Assembly: GCF_001194135.2 (NCBI RefSeq)
Contig: NC_069001.1
Span: 20,198,650-20,262,649 of the forward strand
Length of the DNA: 64,000 bases
Source: Octopus bimaculoides
Lineage: Eukaryota
Reading direction: 5' to 3'
A program made the translations under genes and the position numbers. Below are positions 63,866 to 64,000 of the stretch, piece after piece. The stretch's first letter is position 1; each line of letters opens with the position of its first letter. Below the pieces are notes generated by a model. The model worked only from the letters and a program-made list of their open reading frames with translations, did no database searches and was not told the DNA's origin.

Positions 63866-64000
63866 TCTTAATTGATTCGGTCATGTGACCGCAGCCATTC
63901 TGGAGCACCGATTTTAGTCGAAAAAATTGACGCCAGGATTTATTCTTTGCAAGCCTAGTACTTATTTTATCAGTGTGTTTTGCCAAATGGCTGAATTAAG
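63866..64000 (-). mobile_element. SINE family A 3' end, runs off the window
   Basis: ggtcatgtgaccgcagccattctggagcaccg...ttattctttgcaagcctagtacttatt. Confidence 0.7.

Overview
AT-rich eukaryotic genomic DNA with six assembly gaps. The repeat content (tRNA-derived SINEs with a central microsatellite, RTE LINE tails ending in (GAT)n, dense (TA)n/(CA)n/(ATT)n) looks like an Octopus (coleoid cephalopod) genome; this is an inference from family recognition. Most of the window appears to be intron of one large + strand gene. Two exons are well supported (24173-24468 and 54289-55258/55329). They encode low-complexity Ser/Thr-rich peptide with no domain I can name, so no gene symbol is given. A CpG-retaining zone at about 10.2-13.9 kb looks like its promoter, possibly shared with a divergent minus-strand gene. 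The rest is a layered transposon landscape: a near full-length Tc1-type element with DD36E spacing, mariner, pogo, piggyBac and MULE non-autonomous elements, and Gypsy, Penelope, CR1, RTE, R4/Dong and Tx1 fragments plus many SINEs. Almost all ORFs in the supplied track are spurious (microsatellites, N-gaps, antisense TE relics). I found no CRISPR array, rRNA or genuine tRNA gene, and no convincing new multi-gene system. The best leads are the DD36E transposon in a mollusc, intronic inverted repeats that could be ADAR substrates, microsatellite-targeted insertions and the unidentified host gene. All coordinates and counts were read by hand.
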